Origin: a virus
Taxonomy: Duplodnaviria; Caudoviricetes
Strand: one strand, 5' to 3'
DNA length: 40,165 nt
Virus record (IMG/VR): IMGVR_UViG_3300018757_000006
Location: 1-40,165 of that record
Positions 7,209 through 17,059 of the stretch are shown here, one piece after another. Each line of letters opens with the position of its first letter. Position 1 is the first letter of the stretch. The notes under the pieces were generated by a model, which saw nothing but the letters and a program-made list of their open reading frames with translations, did no database searches and had not been told where the DNA came from. The position numbers were made by a program, and so were the translations under genes.

Positions 7209-8003
7209 ATGGCGAATCAAGAAGCGACAGTTGTAACGACAGGACAAGTGAGATTGAGCTATGTACACCTTTTTCAACCTTACGCGAATCAACCAAATCA
7301 AGAGCCAAAGTACAGCACGACCATCCTTATTCCGAAATCGGATGTGGCCACGATGCAACGAATCCATGCTGCAATTGCTGCAGCGATTGAAAAAGGCGTG
7401 TCCGGTGTGTGGAACGGGGCGAGGCCGCCCCAGCCAAAAACGCCACTCTGGGATGGCGACGGCGTGCGGCAAAATGGAGAACCGTTTGGGCCCGAGTGCA
7501 AAGGCCATTGGGTACTTACGGCTTCCAGCAAGCAGCAACAAGCTATCGTTGATGCCAACATGAATCCGATCATTGATCAAACTCAGGTCTATTCTGGCAT
7601 GTATGGTCGAGTAAATATCAACTTCTTCCCATTTTCGAATAGCGGAAATCGCGGTATTGGCGCGGGACTTGGACCGGTACAAAAACTTGCGGACGGGGAA
7701 CCTCTTGGCGGCCGCATTAGTGCAGAGCAAGCCTTTGGCGGCGCACCGATGCCGCAACCGGGTATCGGGGCACCTCATCAGCATCCTCCTGCATACGGCC
7801 AACAGCAGCAAGGCTATATGACTCAACAAGGGTATGCTCCGACTGTTCAGACCTCAATGTATCCAACTCAACAGGCGTATGGTCAACAGCCTCTGCAGGG
7901 TTATGCTCCAGTGCCGGGACAAGCCCCTGCCTACCCGCAGCAGCCTGCTCAGATCGATCCGATCACCGGTAAGCCTTTGAACGGCGGCATTATGGGGCTG
8001 TAG
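7209..8003 (+). CDS. DUF2815 (T7 gp2.5-like) ssDNA-binding protein
   Basis: TGQVRLSYVHLF.P...KYSTTILIPKSD...DGD...VYSGMYGRV.INFFPF...GNRGI..GL..VQKL.DGEPLGG. An alternative in-frame start exists at 7122. Confidence 0.9.
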   Translation: MANQEATVVTTGQVRLSYVHLFQPYANQPNQEPKYSTTILIPKSDVATMQRIHAAIAAAIEKGVSGVWNGARPPQPKTPLWDGDGVRQNGEPFGPECKGHWVLTASSKQQQAIVDANMNPIIDQTQVYSGMYGRVNINFFPFSNSGNRGIGAGLGPVQKLADGEPLGGRISAEQAFGGAPMPQPGIGAPHQHPPAYGQQQQGYMTQQGYAPTVQTSMYPTQQAYGQQPLQGYAPVPGQAPAYPQQPAQIDPITGKPLNGGIMGL

Positions 8004-8006
8004 GTT

Positions 8007-9968
8007 ATGAGGCACCTCAATATTGACATCGAAACATTCAGTAGCATCGACATCAAGAAGGCGGGACTGTACAAATACGTGCAGTCCCCTGATTTTCAAA
8101 TCCTCTTGTTCGCGTACTCCTGGGACGGGGGGCCGGTGGAAATTGTTGACCTTGCACAGGGTGAGTCGTTGCCGATGGAAGTCATTCACGCGTTGTACGA
8201 CCCGCAAGTTATAAAACATGCCTACAATGCCGCTTTTGAGTGGTATTGCATTAATAGCGTGTTGCACTCCCCGATAGAGCAATGGCAATGTACGCAGGTG
8301 CACGGGCTGTATAACGGTTATCCGGCCGGGCTTGGAGCTGTCGGGGAGGCGCTAGGTATCCCACAGGATAAACGCAAGCTGGGAACAGGCAGCGCACTTA
8401 TTCGGACGTTCTGCATCCCGACGAAACCCACTAAGGCAAACGGCTTCCGTACACGGACGCTTCCACACCATGAGCCTGAGAAATGGCGACTCTTCAAAGA
8501 ATACTGTATCGGCGACGTAGTAGCGGAAATGGAGATCCTTAGCCGGTTGTCAGCTTTTCCAGTACCGGAACAGGAGTGGCAACTCTGGTATATTGACCAG
8601 CGGATCAACGCTCACGGTCTGTCCTGCGATCTGCAGATGGTAGAGGGTGCCTTGGCCATCGATCAACAAGTGAGTAACGAGCTAAGAACTGAGGCAATCA
8701 GGCTGACCGGTCTGGACAATCCGAAGTCCGTTCAGCAGCTGACCAAGTGGCTGGAGGAGGAGACGGGGGAAGAGGTTGAAAACCTGCAAAAAGGTACGGT
8801 AAGTAAGCTGGTTGACAAGCTAGACGAAGGTAAAGCCAAACGTGTGCTAGAGATCCGACAAGAGCTCAGCAAGACCAGTGTCAAGAAGTACGCAGCGATG
8901 CAAATAGCCGCCTGCGCTGACGACCGGGTGCGAGGACTGCTCCAGTTTTACGGGGCGAACCGGACCGGTCGCTGGGCGGGCAGGCTCGTGCAGATTCAGA
9001 ACCTCCCGAAAAATAAGGAAGGCTTTCCGCTCGACTTGGCTCGGCGGCTCGTAAAGGCGCAGAACGTCGAGGCGCTGAAACTGATCTTCGGAAACATACC
9101 CGACGCGCTTTCGCAGCTAATTAGGACGGCATTTGTGGCACCAGAAGGAAAGGCGCTGCTTGTAGCTGATTTCTCAGCGATCGAGGCCCGTGTTATAGCT
9201 TGGTTGGCCGGTGAGAAGTGGCGGTTAGATGTTTTCAATACGCACGGCAAAATATACGAGGCGTCCGCTAGTCAAATGTTTGGTGTACCGATCGAGGAGA
9301 TCGGGAAGGGCAGTGACTTGCGGCAACGGGGGAAGGTTGCGGAGCTGGCCCTCGGCTACCAGGGGGGCAAAGGCGCGCTTATCAGCATGGGCGCGCTAGA
9401 GCAAGGGCTTACCGAAGATGAACTGCCCGAGATTGTGCTGCGTTGGCGGAACGCCAATCGCCGAATTGTGGACCTGTGGTACAGCATGGAGGCGGCAGCT
9501 CTGGAGGTCATGCAGTCAGGTCAGCCAGTAGGTGTGAAGGGACTGATCTTTGCACGGGAGAGCGATTATAGGACGCAGCAGAACTTCTTCACAATCACGC
9601 TTCCGTCAAGGCGCAAGCTTTACTACGCAAAGCCTTTCCTCAAGGAAAACGACTTCGGCAAGCCAGCGCTACACTATTGGGGTGTGGATCAAACAAAGAA
9701 GAAGTGGACCGTGCTCAACACATACGGTGGGAAGCTGACGGAGAACTGCGTCCAGGCTATTGCGCGAGACTGTCTTGCCGTCGCTATGACTCGGCTCGTG
9801 GCTGCCGGTTATGAGATTGTCCTCCACGTACACGACGAGGTAGGAGCAGAGGGAAGCGCCGACCAGCTCGGCTGGATGCTGGAGATCATGAGCCTGCCGA
9901 TTCCCTGGGCACCCGGGCTTCCACTCAAGGCTGACGGCTTCACTACGGATTATTACATGAAGGACTGA
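8007..9968 (+). CDS. Phage family A DNA polymerase
   Basis: Exo I DIETFS, motif A ADFSAIEARV, motif B RQRGKVAELALGY, motif C HVHDE. Confidence 0.96.
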   Translation: MRHLNIDIETFSSIDIKKAGLYKYVQSPDFQILLFAYSWDGGPVEIVDLAQGESLPMEVIHALYDPQVIKHAYNAAFEWYCINSVLHSPIEQWQCTQVHGLYNGYPAGLGAVGEALGIPQDKRKLGTGSALIRTFCIPTKPTKANGFRTRTLPHHEPEKWRLFKEYCIGDVVAEMEILSRLSAFPVPEQEWQLWYIDQRINAHGLSCDLQMVEGALAIDQQVSNELRTEAIRLTGLDNPKSVQQLTKWLEEETGEEVENLQKGTVSKLVDKLDEGKAKRVLEIRQELSKTSVKKYAAMQIAACADDRVRGLLQFYGANRTGRWAGRLVQIQNLPKNKEGFPLDLARRLVKAQNVEALKLIFGNIPDALSQLIRTAFVAPEGKALLVADFSAIEARVIAWLAGEKWRLDVFNTHGKIYEASASQMFGVPIEEIGKGSDLRQRGKVAELALGYQGGKGALISMGALEQGLTEDELPEIVLRWRNANRRIVDLWYSMEAAALEVMQSGQPVGVKGLIFARESDYRTQQNFFTITLPSRRKLYYAKPFLKENDFGKPALHYWGVDQTKKKWTVLNTYGGKLTENCVQAIARDCLAVAMTRLVAAGYEIVLHVHDEVGAEGSADQLGWMLEIMSLPIPWAPGLPLKADGFTTDYYMKD

Positions 9969-10897
9969 TGCAAATGAACGACAGAGCAAAGGCGGCCCTG
10001 AACAAGCTAGGGGCGCTGCCAGGAATGTTCGCCATTAAAAACCAGGTTGAACAAATGATACAGTTTAGCAAAATTTCAAAGCTGCGGACACGCCACGGCT
10101 TAAAGGCATTGCCTCAATCAAATCATATGATTTTTACAGGTAATCCGGGGACCGGAAAAACAACGGCTGCTCGACTGATCGGAGAGGCTTTTGCAGCACT
10201 CGGGATGCTAAAAACGAGTCAAGATGAACCGCCATTTGTCGAGATCCACCACGCAGATGTGACACATCCTCACGTGGGGCAAGCGGAAAGAACATTAAAA
10301 GCTAAGTTCAAAGAGGCTCGAGGCGGTGTTCTTTTCATCGATGAAGCCTATGCTTTTGTTGCAGGTGAGTCATCGCACATGACAGGGGATAAAGTGATCG
10401 CTGCTATCGTTCAACTCATGGAGGACATGCGCGACGAAATTGTCGTTATTGCGGCTGGCTACCCTGAAAACATGGACGAATTCCTCGATGAAAACCCTGG
10501 ACTACGTTCCCGATTCCCTACAACGATTCATTTCCCAGACTATGAGGTTTCGGACCTTGTTCAGATCGCTGCCTTCCTGTGTGCCGAAAGAGAATACAAA
10601 ATGTCGAAGTCCTATGTGGATGTCCTGGCGGCGAAGCTCTGGGAGGAGAAGCGGAAGCCCGGATTCGGTAATGCTAGGACGATCCGAAACATTATCGAGC
10701 AGTCGATTCGTATGCAGTCAGTACGCGTGGCCCAGCTGCCCGCTCCAAGTCGAGAAGAATTGATTTTACTGACCGAATACGATATGTCAGCGCCTGTGAC
10801 CACTAAATCGGAGAAAGAGATGCTTTTGCAGTCGATTGAGTCTTTGCATAAACGACTGAAGGAGATCGAACGACGTGAAATTTTATACGGCCGGTAA
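9968..10897 (+). CDS. AAA+ ATPase, SpoVK/CbbX-like
   Basis: HMIFTGNPGTGKTT (Walker A), GGVLFIDEAY (Walker B), VIAAGY, NPGLRSRF...IHFPDY, GFGNARTIRN. Confidence 0.88.
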   Translation: MQMNDRAKAALNKLGALPGMFAIKNQVEQMIQFSKISKLRTRHGLKALPQSNHMIFTGNPGTGKTTAARLIGEAFAALGMLKTSQDEPPFVEIHHADVTHPHVGQAERTLKAKFKEARGGVLFIDEAYAFVAGESSHMTGDKVIAAIVQLMEDMRDEIVVIAAGYPENMDEFLDENPGLRSRFPTTIHFPDYEVSDLVQIAAFLCAEREYKMSKSYVDVLAAKLWEEKRKPGFGNARTIRNIIEQSIRMQSVRVAQLPAPSREELILLTEYDMSAPVTTKSEKEMLLQSIESLHKRLKEIERREILYGR

Positions 10898-11021
10898 TCT
10901 ACGTTAAAGGAGTGAAAAGAGTACAGTAAAAGTTGATTTACCTTGACAGAAAAATTTAATCAATCTGCAAATTGCAGCATAGTAATTACCTTTCGTCTCG
11001 TATCCTTCGGTGATTAGTAAA

Positions 11022-11555
11022 TTATGCACGTTCTTTTTTTGTCTCGAGAATAGCTATCTTTTGCTTAAGTTCTTCGTTTTCCATCTTTAGAAGTTCATTT
11101 TTTTCCAGTAAAAGGTCAATACGTGCTGCGCTTTCCAATAATGAATCTCTATTCTGATTCAACTGTTCGGTAGCTTGTTGAAAAATTAAAGTCTGTTCTT
11201 CCGATGATTTGTAACTGATAAGAATCAGTGTAAATCCAAAGGCTACCAAAGTAAAAGAGTCGTTCCATTCACTTAGTGTAATAGGGTCAATTTTTTTCCA
11301 AATAGGAAAGTGAGGTAGCACAATAATTGACATTACGGCGAAAAATAAGAGTGCATCGCTGAAGAACTTCAATTTTTTGTGTTCTAACATCTGAATATTT
11401 GATTTTCCAAATGTAACAAATTCATTAAAAACAAATAGAAATGCTGAAATGGATAGGCCAAGAATATATTCCGACCCCAAATCAAGGTCGCTTCTCAACA
11501 TCGCTAATAAAAAGTAGCCCATTCCTAATGACATTACGATTTTATTTACGTTCAA
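11022..11555 (-). CDS. AT-rich moron: membrane protein (about 4 TM) with C-terminal coiled coil
   Basis: Four hydrophobic segments followed by a heptad-rich tail. Opposite strand to its neighbours. TTG start after a GAGGTG RBS. Confidence 0.72.
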   Translation of the reverse strand: MNVNKIVMSLGMGYFLLAMLRSDLDLGSEYILGLSISAFLFVFNEFVTFGKSNIQMLEHKKLKFFSDALLFFAVMSIIVLPHFPIWKKIDPITLSEWNDSFTLVAFGFTLILISYKSSEEQTLIFQQATEQLNQNRDSLLESAARIDLLLEKNELLKMENEELKQKIAILETKKERA

Positions 11556-11644
11556 ATGTTATCACCTCTACTATTCAGTATCGCATGCTCTGAATAAATG
11601 AAAAAGACTAAATTCAAAGATTCTATTCTTCACTCGATGAAAGG

Positions 11645-14050
11645 ATGGCTGCCATGATTTACGACCGACAACTTACCATATCCTCCGCTGGCAGCCGCAA
11701 GGCGACGCACTGGCCGGCGCAAAAAATCTACTGGTCAGAGCTGGTGGAGCGACTGCGAGTTGCGGTTCGCGGCACCGAAACGCTCGCCGAATACCTGCAG
11801 CTTCCGAAAGGCAAACAGGACGACCTCAAAGACGTCGGTGGTTTTGTGGCAGGTACGTTGGCAGGCAACCGACGTAAGGCAAACGCTGTTATCGGCAGGG
11901 ACGTTATCACGCTTGACCTGGACAATATCCCTGCCGGGGGCACAGCAGACGTCTTGCGTCGCCTGGACGGGCTTGGTTGCGGATACGCAGTTTACAGCAC
12001 GCGTAAGCATGAGGAAGCCAAGCCACGTCTTAGGGCACTCGTGCCTCTTAATAGAACGGCAACAGCAGACGAATACGAGCCACTGGCCCGTAAGCTGGCG
12101 GCGATTATCGGGATAGAGCTGTGCGACCCGTCGACATTTGAGGCTTCACGACTCATGTACTGGCCGAGCTGCAGCGCGGATAGCCAATTTATTTCTCAGC
12201 ACGCGGACAAGCCTTTTCTGGATGTTGACGGTCTGCTAGCAACCTACACCGACTGGCGCAATGTAGCAGAGTGGCCGCAGGTGCCAGGAGCCCAACAAGC
12301 GCATGTCCGGCTGGCTGCAAAGCAAGGGGACCCGACCACAAAGCAGGGGATCGTTGGGGCGTTCTGCCGTCAGTACGACGTGTACCAAGCGATGGAGTCA
12401 TTCCTGCCGGGGGTATATGTTCCGACAGATGACGGGACTGGCCGCTTTACCTTTGTAGGGGGTAGCACGACTGGCGGGGCAATCATCTACGACAACGGAG
12501 CATTTTTATTCAGCCATCACGCAACAGACCCTGTAGGCGGGCGACTGGTCAACGCGTTTGATCTGGTCCGGCTGCACAAGTTCGGAGATCTGGACGATGA
12601 TGCAACGCCTGGCACGCCGACTAACCGGTTGCCGTCCTTCACAGCTATGTGTGGTTTCGCCCTGCAGGATGCGGGTGTGGCGACTTTGCTGAATCAGGAA
12701 CGCTATGAAAAGGCGATCCAGGACTTCGGCAACCTGCCGGTAGGTGAAGAGGAAACGGCCAACTGGATTAGCAAGTTGCAGGTCAGCACGACGACAGGAA
12801 TGCCTGCGAAAACGACGGACAACGTGCTGATCATACTCGAGCATGATCCTCTGTTAAAGGGGAAGTTAGCATTCGATGAATTCGCCAACAGGGGAGTCGT
12901 GCTCGGGGCTCTGCCTTGGAGTAGCAGTACCGAACAGAGGGGCTGGACTGACGTTGATGACGCCGGGTTGCGGCACTATTTGGAGCGGTCCTACGGAATC
13001 TCAGGTAAAGAGCGAATCTTTGACGCGGTAGCCCTCTGCGCCCACAGGCACACTTTTAATGAGGTACAGGACTGGTTGACTTCGCTAAAATGGGACGGCG
13101 TGAAGCGCTTGGATACTCTACTGACGGACTATTTGGGCGCCGCAGATTCTACATACGTGAGAGCAGTTTCGCGGAAGGCTGTAGTGGCCGCCGTCGCCCG
13201 TGCATTGAGTCCAGGGTGCAAGTACGACCAAATGCCGATATTAGCGGGGCCGCAGGGCCTTGGAAAGAGCACGTTTCTCCGCCTCCTGGGCAGACGTTGG
13301 TACTCGGACAGCCTGCAGACGTTTGAAGGCAAGGAAGCATCCGAAATGCTCCAGGGTATCTGGATCAATGAAATCGGTGAGCTGACGGGCATGTCGAAGT
13401 CAGAAGCCAACGCCGTGAAGCAGTTTCTCAGCCGGACAGAGGATATCTATCGGGAGCCGTTTGGGCGTCGGACAAAGGCTTTTCCCCGACGTTGCGTGTT
13501 TTGGGGGACGACCAACGACAGCGAGTTTCTGAAAGACAGGACCGGGAATCGGCGCTTTTGGCCCGTAGATGTCGGGGTTCAGATTCCGACGAAAAGTGTT
13601 TTCAACCAGCTGGAGGAAGAGGTCCCGCAAATTTATGCGGAGGCATTCATTTACTGGCAGATGGGAGAGCCGCTGTATTTGACGGGACAAGCTGAAGCAG
13701 AAGCAAAGGAGCAGCAGGAGATCCACCGGGAGAGCAGCGCGAAAGAAGGTGTGATCCGTGAGTTTGTGGAACGCCAGGTGCCGATAGGCTGGGAAAAACG
13801 TTCGTTGGCAGAGAGGCGACTCTATTGGTCGGGCGAGTTCCGGCGCACGGAGGGTGAGACCGTGGAGCGCGATCGGATATGTGCTGCAGAGGTATGGTGC
13901 GAGTGCCTGGGCGGGGATCTGAAGTACATGAAGCGTTCTGATGCGCTGGAGATCAATGGAATTTTGGCTATGATTCCAGGATGGAAAAGGCACAACAGTA
14001 CGGCACGATTTGGTCCATATGGGATCCAGAAAGGCTTTGTAAAACTGTAA
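11645..14050 (+). CDS. Primase-helicase with VapE-like (virulence-associated E) ATPase domain
   Basis: N-terminal LKDVGGFV.G...TLDLD...YSTRKH...PRLR; Walker A GPQGLGKST; WINEIGEL; GTTND..FLKDRTGNRRFWPV. Confidence 0.92.
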   Translation: MAAMIYDRQLTISSAGSRKATHWPAQKIYWSELVERLRVAVRGTETLAEYLQLPKGKQDDLKDVGGFVAGTLAGNRRKANAVIGRDVITLDLDNIPAGGTADVLRRLDGLGCGYAVYSTRKHEEAKPRLRALVPLNRTATADEYEPLARKLAAIIGIELCDPSTFEASRLMYWPSCSADSQFISQHADKPFLDVDGLLATYTDWRNVAEWPQVPGAQQAHVRLAAKQGDPTTKQGIVGAFCRQYDVYQAMESFLPGVYVPTDDGTGRFTFVGGSTTGGAIIYDNGAFLFSHHATDPVGGRLVNAFDLVRLHKFGDLDDDATPGTPTNRLPSFTAMCGFALQDAGVATLLNQERYEKAIQDFGNLPVGEEETANWISKLQVSTTTGMPAKTTDNVLIILEHDPLLKGKLAFDEFANRGVVLGALPWSSSTEQRGWTDVDDAGLRHYLERSYGISGKERIFDAVALCAHRHTFNEVQDWLTSLKWDGVKRLDTLLTDYLGAADSTYVRAVSRKAVVAAVARALSPGCKYDQMPILAGPQGLGKSTFLRLLGRRWYSDSLQTFEGKEASEMLQGIWINEIGELTGMSKSEANAVKQFLSRTEDIYREPFGRRTKAFPRRCVFWGTTNDSEFLKDRTGNRRFWPVDVGVQIPTKSVFNQLEEEVPQIYAEAFIYWQMGEPLYLTGQAEAEAKEQQEIHRESSAKEGVIREFVERQVPIGWEKRSLAERRLYWSGEFRRTEGETVERDRICAAEVWCECLGGDLKYMKRSDALEINGILAMIPGWKRHNSTARFGPYGIQKGFVKL

Positions 14051-14305
14051 ACTTTCTCTGTAAACTTACCCGATTTTGTAAACTTTCTCCGTAAACCAGG
14101 TAAACCTTCGAATTTCAGAAAGTTTACGAGAAAGTTTACAGCCCAAGCCAGCGCCAGCAAAGGGATTCTTACTATCTGTAAACCTTGTAAACTTTAAAAT
14201 CTATATAAATTAAAAATAGAGAGATTAGAGGGTATTGGCGTATGCCTGTCCCGCCTAACGCGCCTAATGTAATAAATATAAAGAGAATATGACGCCAAAG
14301 TTTAC
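14047..14305. repeat. Iteron cluster, probable phage replication origin
   Basis: GTAAAC at 14047, 14060, 14078, 14091, 14100, 14178 and 14187; inverted GTTTAC at 14122, 14134 and 14300; AT-rich tract at about 14195-14220. Directly after the primase-helicase. Confidence 0.75.
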
Positions 14306-14351
14306 AACCCGGAATTTCCCCAATGTTACGAAATTGATCGGAGGAATGAAC

Positions 14352-14660
14352 ATGCGAGAGCGAGATATAGAAAAGTATCTCCGTGAACAGGTGAAAGCAG
14401 CAGGTGGTCGGGCCTACAAGTGGACCAGTCCAGGAAATAACGGTGTACCGGACCGGATTGTCATGTTACCAGGTGGCCGCCTCGCCTTTGTCGAGCTGAA
14501 AGCGCCAGGCAAAAAGCCGACGGCCTTGCAGGTCAACCAGCAGGAGTTTATCGCACGCCTTGGCCAGCAGGTAGTGGTGGTCGATAGTAAGGACGGTGTC
14601 GACAAGCTTCTCCAGCAGATGCAAGCGCAGAAAGGGGTGCAGCTATGGCGGGAACAGTAG
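14352..14660 (+). CDS. VRR-NUC domain nuclease
   Basis: MRERDIEKYL...KWTSPGNNGVPDRIV.LPGG...FVELKAPGKKPTALQ. Confidence 0.92.
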   Translation: MRERDIEKYLREQVKAAGGRAYKWTSPGNNGVPDRIVMLPGGRLAFVELKAPGKKPTALQVNQQEFIARLGQQVVVVDSKDGVDKLLQQMQAQKGVQLWREQ

Positions 14661-16039
14661 CCGTAGCCAAGCCCAGAACGAAATACGTCCCGCACGCCTA
14701 CCAGCGATACTGCATCAACCGCGTGCTGACCGACGAGGCTCTGGGGCTGTTTTTGGACATGGGTCTTGGAAAAACAGTCATCACCCTTACTGCAGTGAAC
14801 GACTTGAAGTATAACCGCTTTGCAGTCGGGAAAGTGCTTGTGATTGCCCCGAAAAAAGTCGCGGAGGCAACTTGGAGCAAGGAGACCGAGAAGTGGGATC
14901 ATTTGAAGCTGCTTCGAGTTGTGCCAGTGCTTGGATCAACAACTAAACGGATCCGAGCGCTGAACACACCGGCTGATGTATACGTGATTAACCGTGATAA
15001 CGTTGCATGGTTGGTTGAGCATTACCGCAATGCCTGGCCATTTGACATGGTTGTAGTCGACGAACTGAGCAGCTTTAAAAATCATCAGGCGAAACGTTTT
15101 AAAGTTCTGACCTGGGTTCGGCCCCATATCAAACGAATCGTAGGCTTAACCGGGACTCCTGCACCGAACGGATTGCTTGACCTTTGGGCGCAGATCTTCC
15201 TGCTTGACCAAGGGCAACGGCTTGGAAAAAACATCACGCAATACCGCGCAAGGTATTTCGAGCGAAACTATAACGGGTTTGGCTACACTGCAAAGCCAGG
15301 GGCGGACGACGCGATCCAGCAGAAGATAGCTGACATCTGCATCAGCATGAAGGCGGAAGATTACCTGGAACTGCCAGACGCGATCACGAACGTCATTCCT
15401 GTCGTTCTTGATGACAAGGCGCAAAAGTTATACGACCAGATGGAAAAGGAACTGCTTCTGCAAATCGAGGATACCGAGATAACGGCTACAAGCGCCGCTG
15501 TATTGACTGGCAAGCTGTTGCAGTTATGCAATGGGGCGTTGTACGACGAGGACCGAAATGTCCATGAGATCCACGACAATAAGCTGGAGGCGTTTACGGA
15601 ACTGATTGAGCAACTAAACGGCAAACCCGCGTTGACGTTTTACAGCTACCAGCACGACCTAACTCGGATCAAAAAAGCGCTGGGCAAGTCGGGATTACAA
15701 GTACGCGAAATTAGAACGCCACAAGACCTAGATGATTGGAATGCCAGGAAGATAGACGTTGGTCTGGCCCATCCAGCAAGCACAGCATACGGCCTTAACA
15801 TGCAAGATGGAGGTAACCATATCGTGTGGTACGGATTACCGTGGAGCCTGGAACTTTACCAACAAGCCAACAAACGTTTGCACCGGCAAGGCCAAAAGCA
15901 AAAGGTCATCCTGCACCATCTTGTGGTGCAAGGTGGAGCTGATGAAGATGTCATGGAGGCGCTTGAGTCAAAGGCAACTACCCAGGATAAGCTGTTGAAT
16001 GCTTTGAAAGCGCGGATTGATAAATTGAAAACCGAATAA
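14645..16039 (+). CDS. SNF2-family DEAD/DEAH-like helicase
   Basis: LFLDMGLGKT, VVVDELSSFK, GLTGTP, GLNMQ, QANKRLHRQGQ. Confidence 0.93.
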   Translation: MAGTVAVAKPRTKYVPHAYQRYCINRVLTDEALGLFLDMGLGKTVITLTAVNDLKYNRFAVGKVLVIAPKKVAEATWSKETEKWDHLKLLRVVPVLGSTTKRIRALNTPADVYVINRDNVAWLVEHYRNAWPFDMVVVDELSSFKNHQAKRFKVLTWVRPHIKRIVGLTGTPAPNGLLDLWAQIFLLDQGQRLGKNITQYRARYFERNYNGFGYTAKPGADDAIQQKIADICISMKAEDYLELPDAITNVIPVVLDDKAQKLYDQMEKELLLQIEDTEITATSAAVLTGKLLQLCNGALYDEDRNVHEIHDNKLEAFTELIEQLNGKPALTFYSYQHDLTRIKKALGKSGLQVREIRTPQDLDDWNARKIDVGLAHPASTAYGLNMQDGGNHIVWYGLPWSLELYQQANKRLHRQGQKQKVILHHLVVQGGADEDVMEALESKATTQDKLLNALKARIDKLKTE

Positions 16040-16074
16040 TCCCAAGCGTTTGGGAATTTCATCAGCAGGAGAGG

Positions 16075-16503
16075 GTGAACAGCATGGGGATCATCCAGTC
16101 CTATCAAGATCTTTGCAGAGAGATCGATATCTTTGAAATGCGCATCAGCGATCTGGAGTGGGAATATGAGTTCTGGTATCGTGCATGTTTCAGTTCCTCA
16201 AGGAAATTGTCGACTCCTTTGGATATCTGTCTGGAGCGCATGGAGAAGATATGCGACCAGGTTGAGACGTACAGCACGATTCTCGAATCGAAAGAAAAAA
16301 CGAGGAAGGCCATCGAGAAGCGACTGAACGAATTGGACGGGCTGGAACATAAAGTCTCCTATATGCGTGACGTGGAAGGGAAGACGCTGGCTGAGATTGC
16401 AGCTGATCTGGGTTACTCCTATGACTGGATCAAGAAGATCAGCAGAAGGGCAAAGAAGGCACCAAGAAGGCACCACGCAGTTGCAAAAAACGTGTTACGA
16501 TGA
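16075..16503 (+). CDS. Late-gene transcriptional activator (sigma-70 region 4-like HTH; RinA/ArpU position)
   Basis: C-terminal KTLAEIAADLGYSYDWIKK. Last gene before terS. Confidence 0.75.
   Translation: MNSMGIIQSYQDLCREIDIFEMRISDLEWEYEFWYRACFSSSRKLSTPLDICLERMEKICDQVETYSTILESKEKTRKAIEKRLNELDGLEHKVSYMRDVEGKTLAEIAADLGYSYDWIKKISRRAKKAPRRHHAVAKNVLR
16453..16501 (+). promoter_or_regulatory. Probable late promoter with activator-binding direct repeat
   Basis: AAGAAGGCACC x2 in tandem (16453-16474), then extended -10 TGnTACGAT (16493-16501), upstream of terS. Confidence 0.6.
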
Positions 16504-16591
16504 TAGCGTAAACAAATTGTATCTTGGTATGAATGGGCCGCCCAATTTTTGGGTGGCTCTATCCTTTTTATCCATTTTAGGAGGTGGGAAC

Positions 16592-17059
16592 ATGGCCGGA
16601 AGACCGAGCAAGTATAAAGACGAATACGCTGGGCAGGCATATAAGCTTTGCTTGCTTGGCGCGACCGACAAGGAGATTGCAGACTTTTTTAACGTGTCCG
16701 AGCAAACGATCAACTCGTGGAAGAAGGCTTATCCTGCATTTCTTGAGTCCTTAAAAAAGGGCAAACTTGCAGCCGATGCCGTCGTGGCTACGAAATTGTA
16801 CCACCGGGCTATCGGGTATGAGCATCCAGAAATCATTACAGCCACCTTTCAAGGCGAGATTACAGACACCATGGAAGTCACCAAACACTATGCGCCTGAT
16901 ACTACAGCAGCCATTTTCTGGTTGAAAAACAGGCAGCCTGCCAAGTGGCGAGATAAACAAGAAATTGATCAGAACGTCACTGGCACAATGACCAACACGG
17001 TCGATCTGTCAGGACTGTCGATAGAAGAACTCCGCAAGCTCGCAAGCAAAGAAAGCTGA
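16592..17059 (+). CDS. terS: Terminase small subunit
   Basis: GRPSKY...LGATDKEIADFFNVSEQTINSWKK..P.F...PDTTAAIFWLKNRQP.KWRDK. ATG after AGGAGG. Confidence 0.88.
   Translation: MAGRPSKYKDEYAGQAYKLCLLGATDKEIADFFNVSEQTINSWKKAYPAFLESLKKGKLAADAVVATKLYHRAIGYEHPEIITATFQGEITDTMEVTKHYAPDTTAAIFWLKNRQPAKWRDKQEIDQNVTGTMTNTVDLSGLSIEELRKLASKES

Noticed and set aside
14047-14195. Repeat cluster as a possible CRISPR array
   Set aside because: Repeats are 6-12 bp, irregularly spaced and in both orientations, with no repeat-spacer periodicity. Fits iterons.
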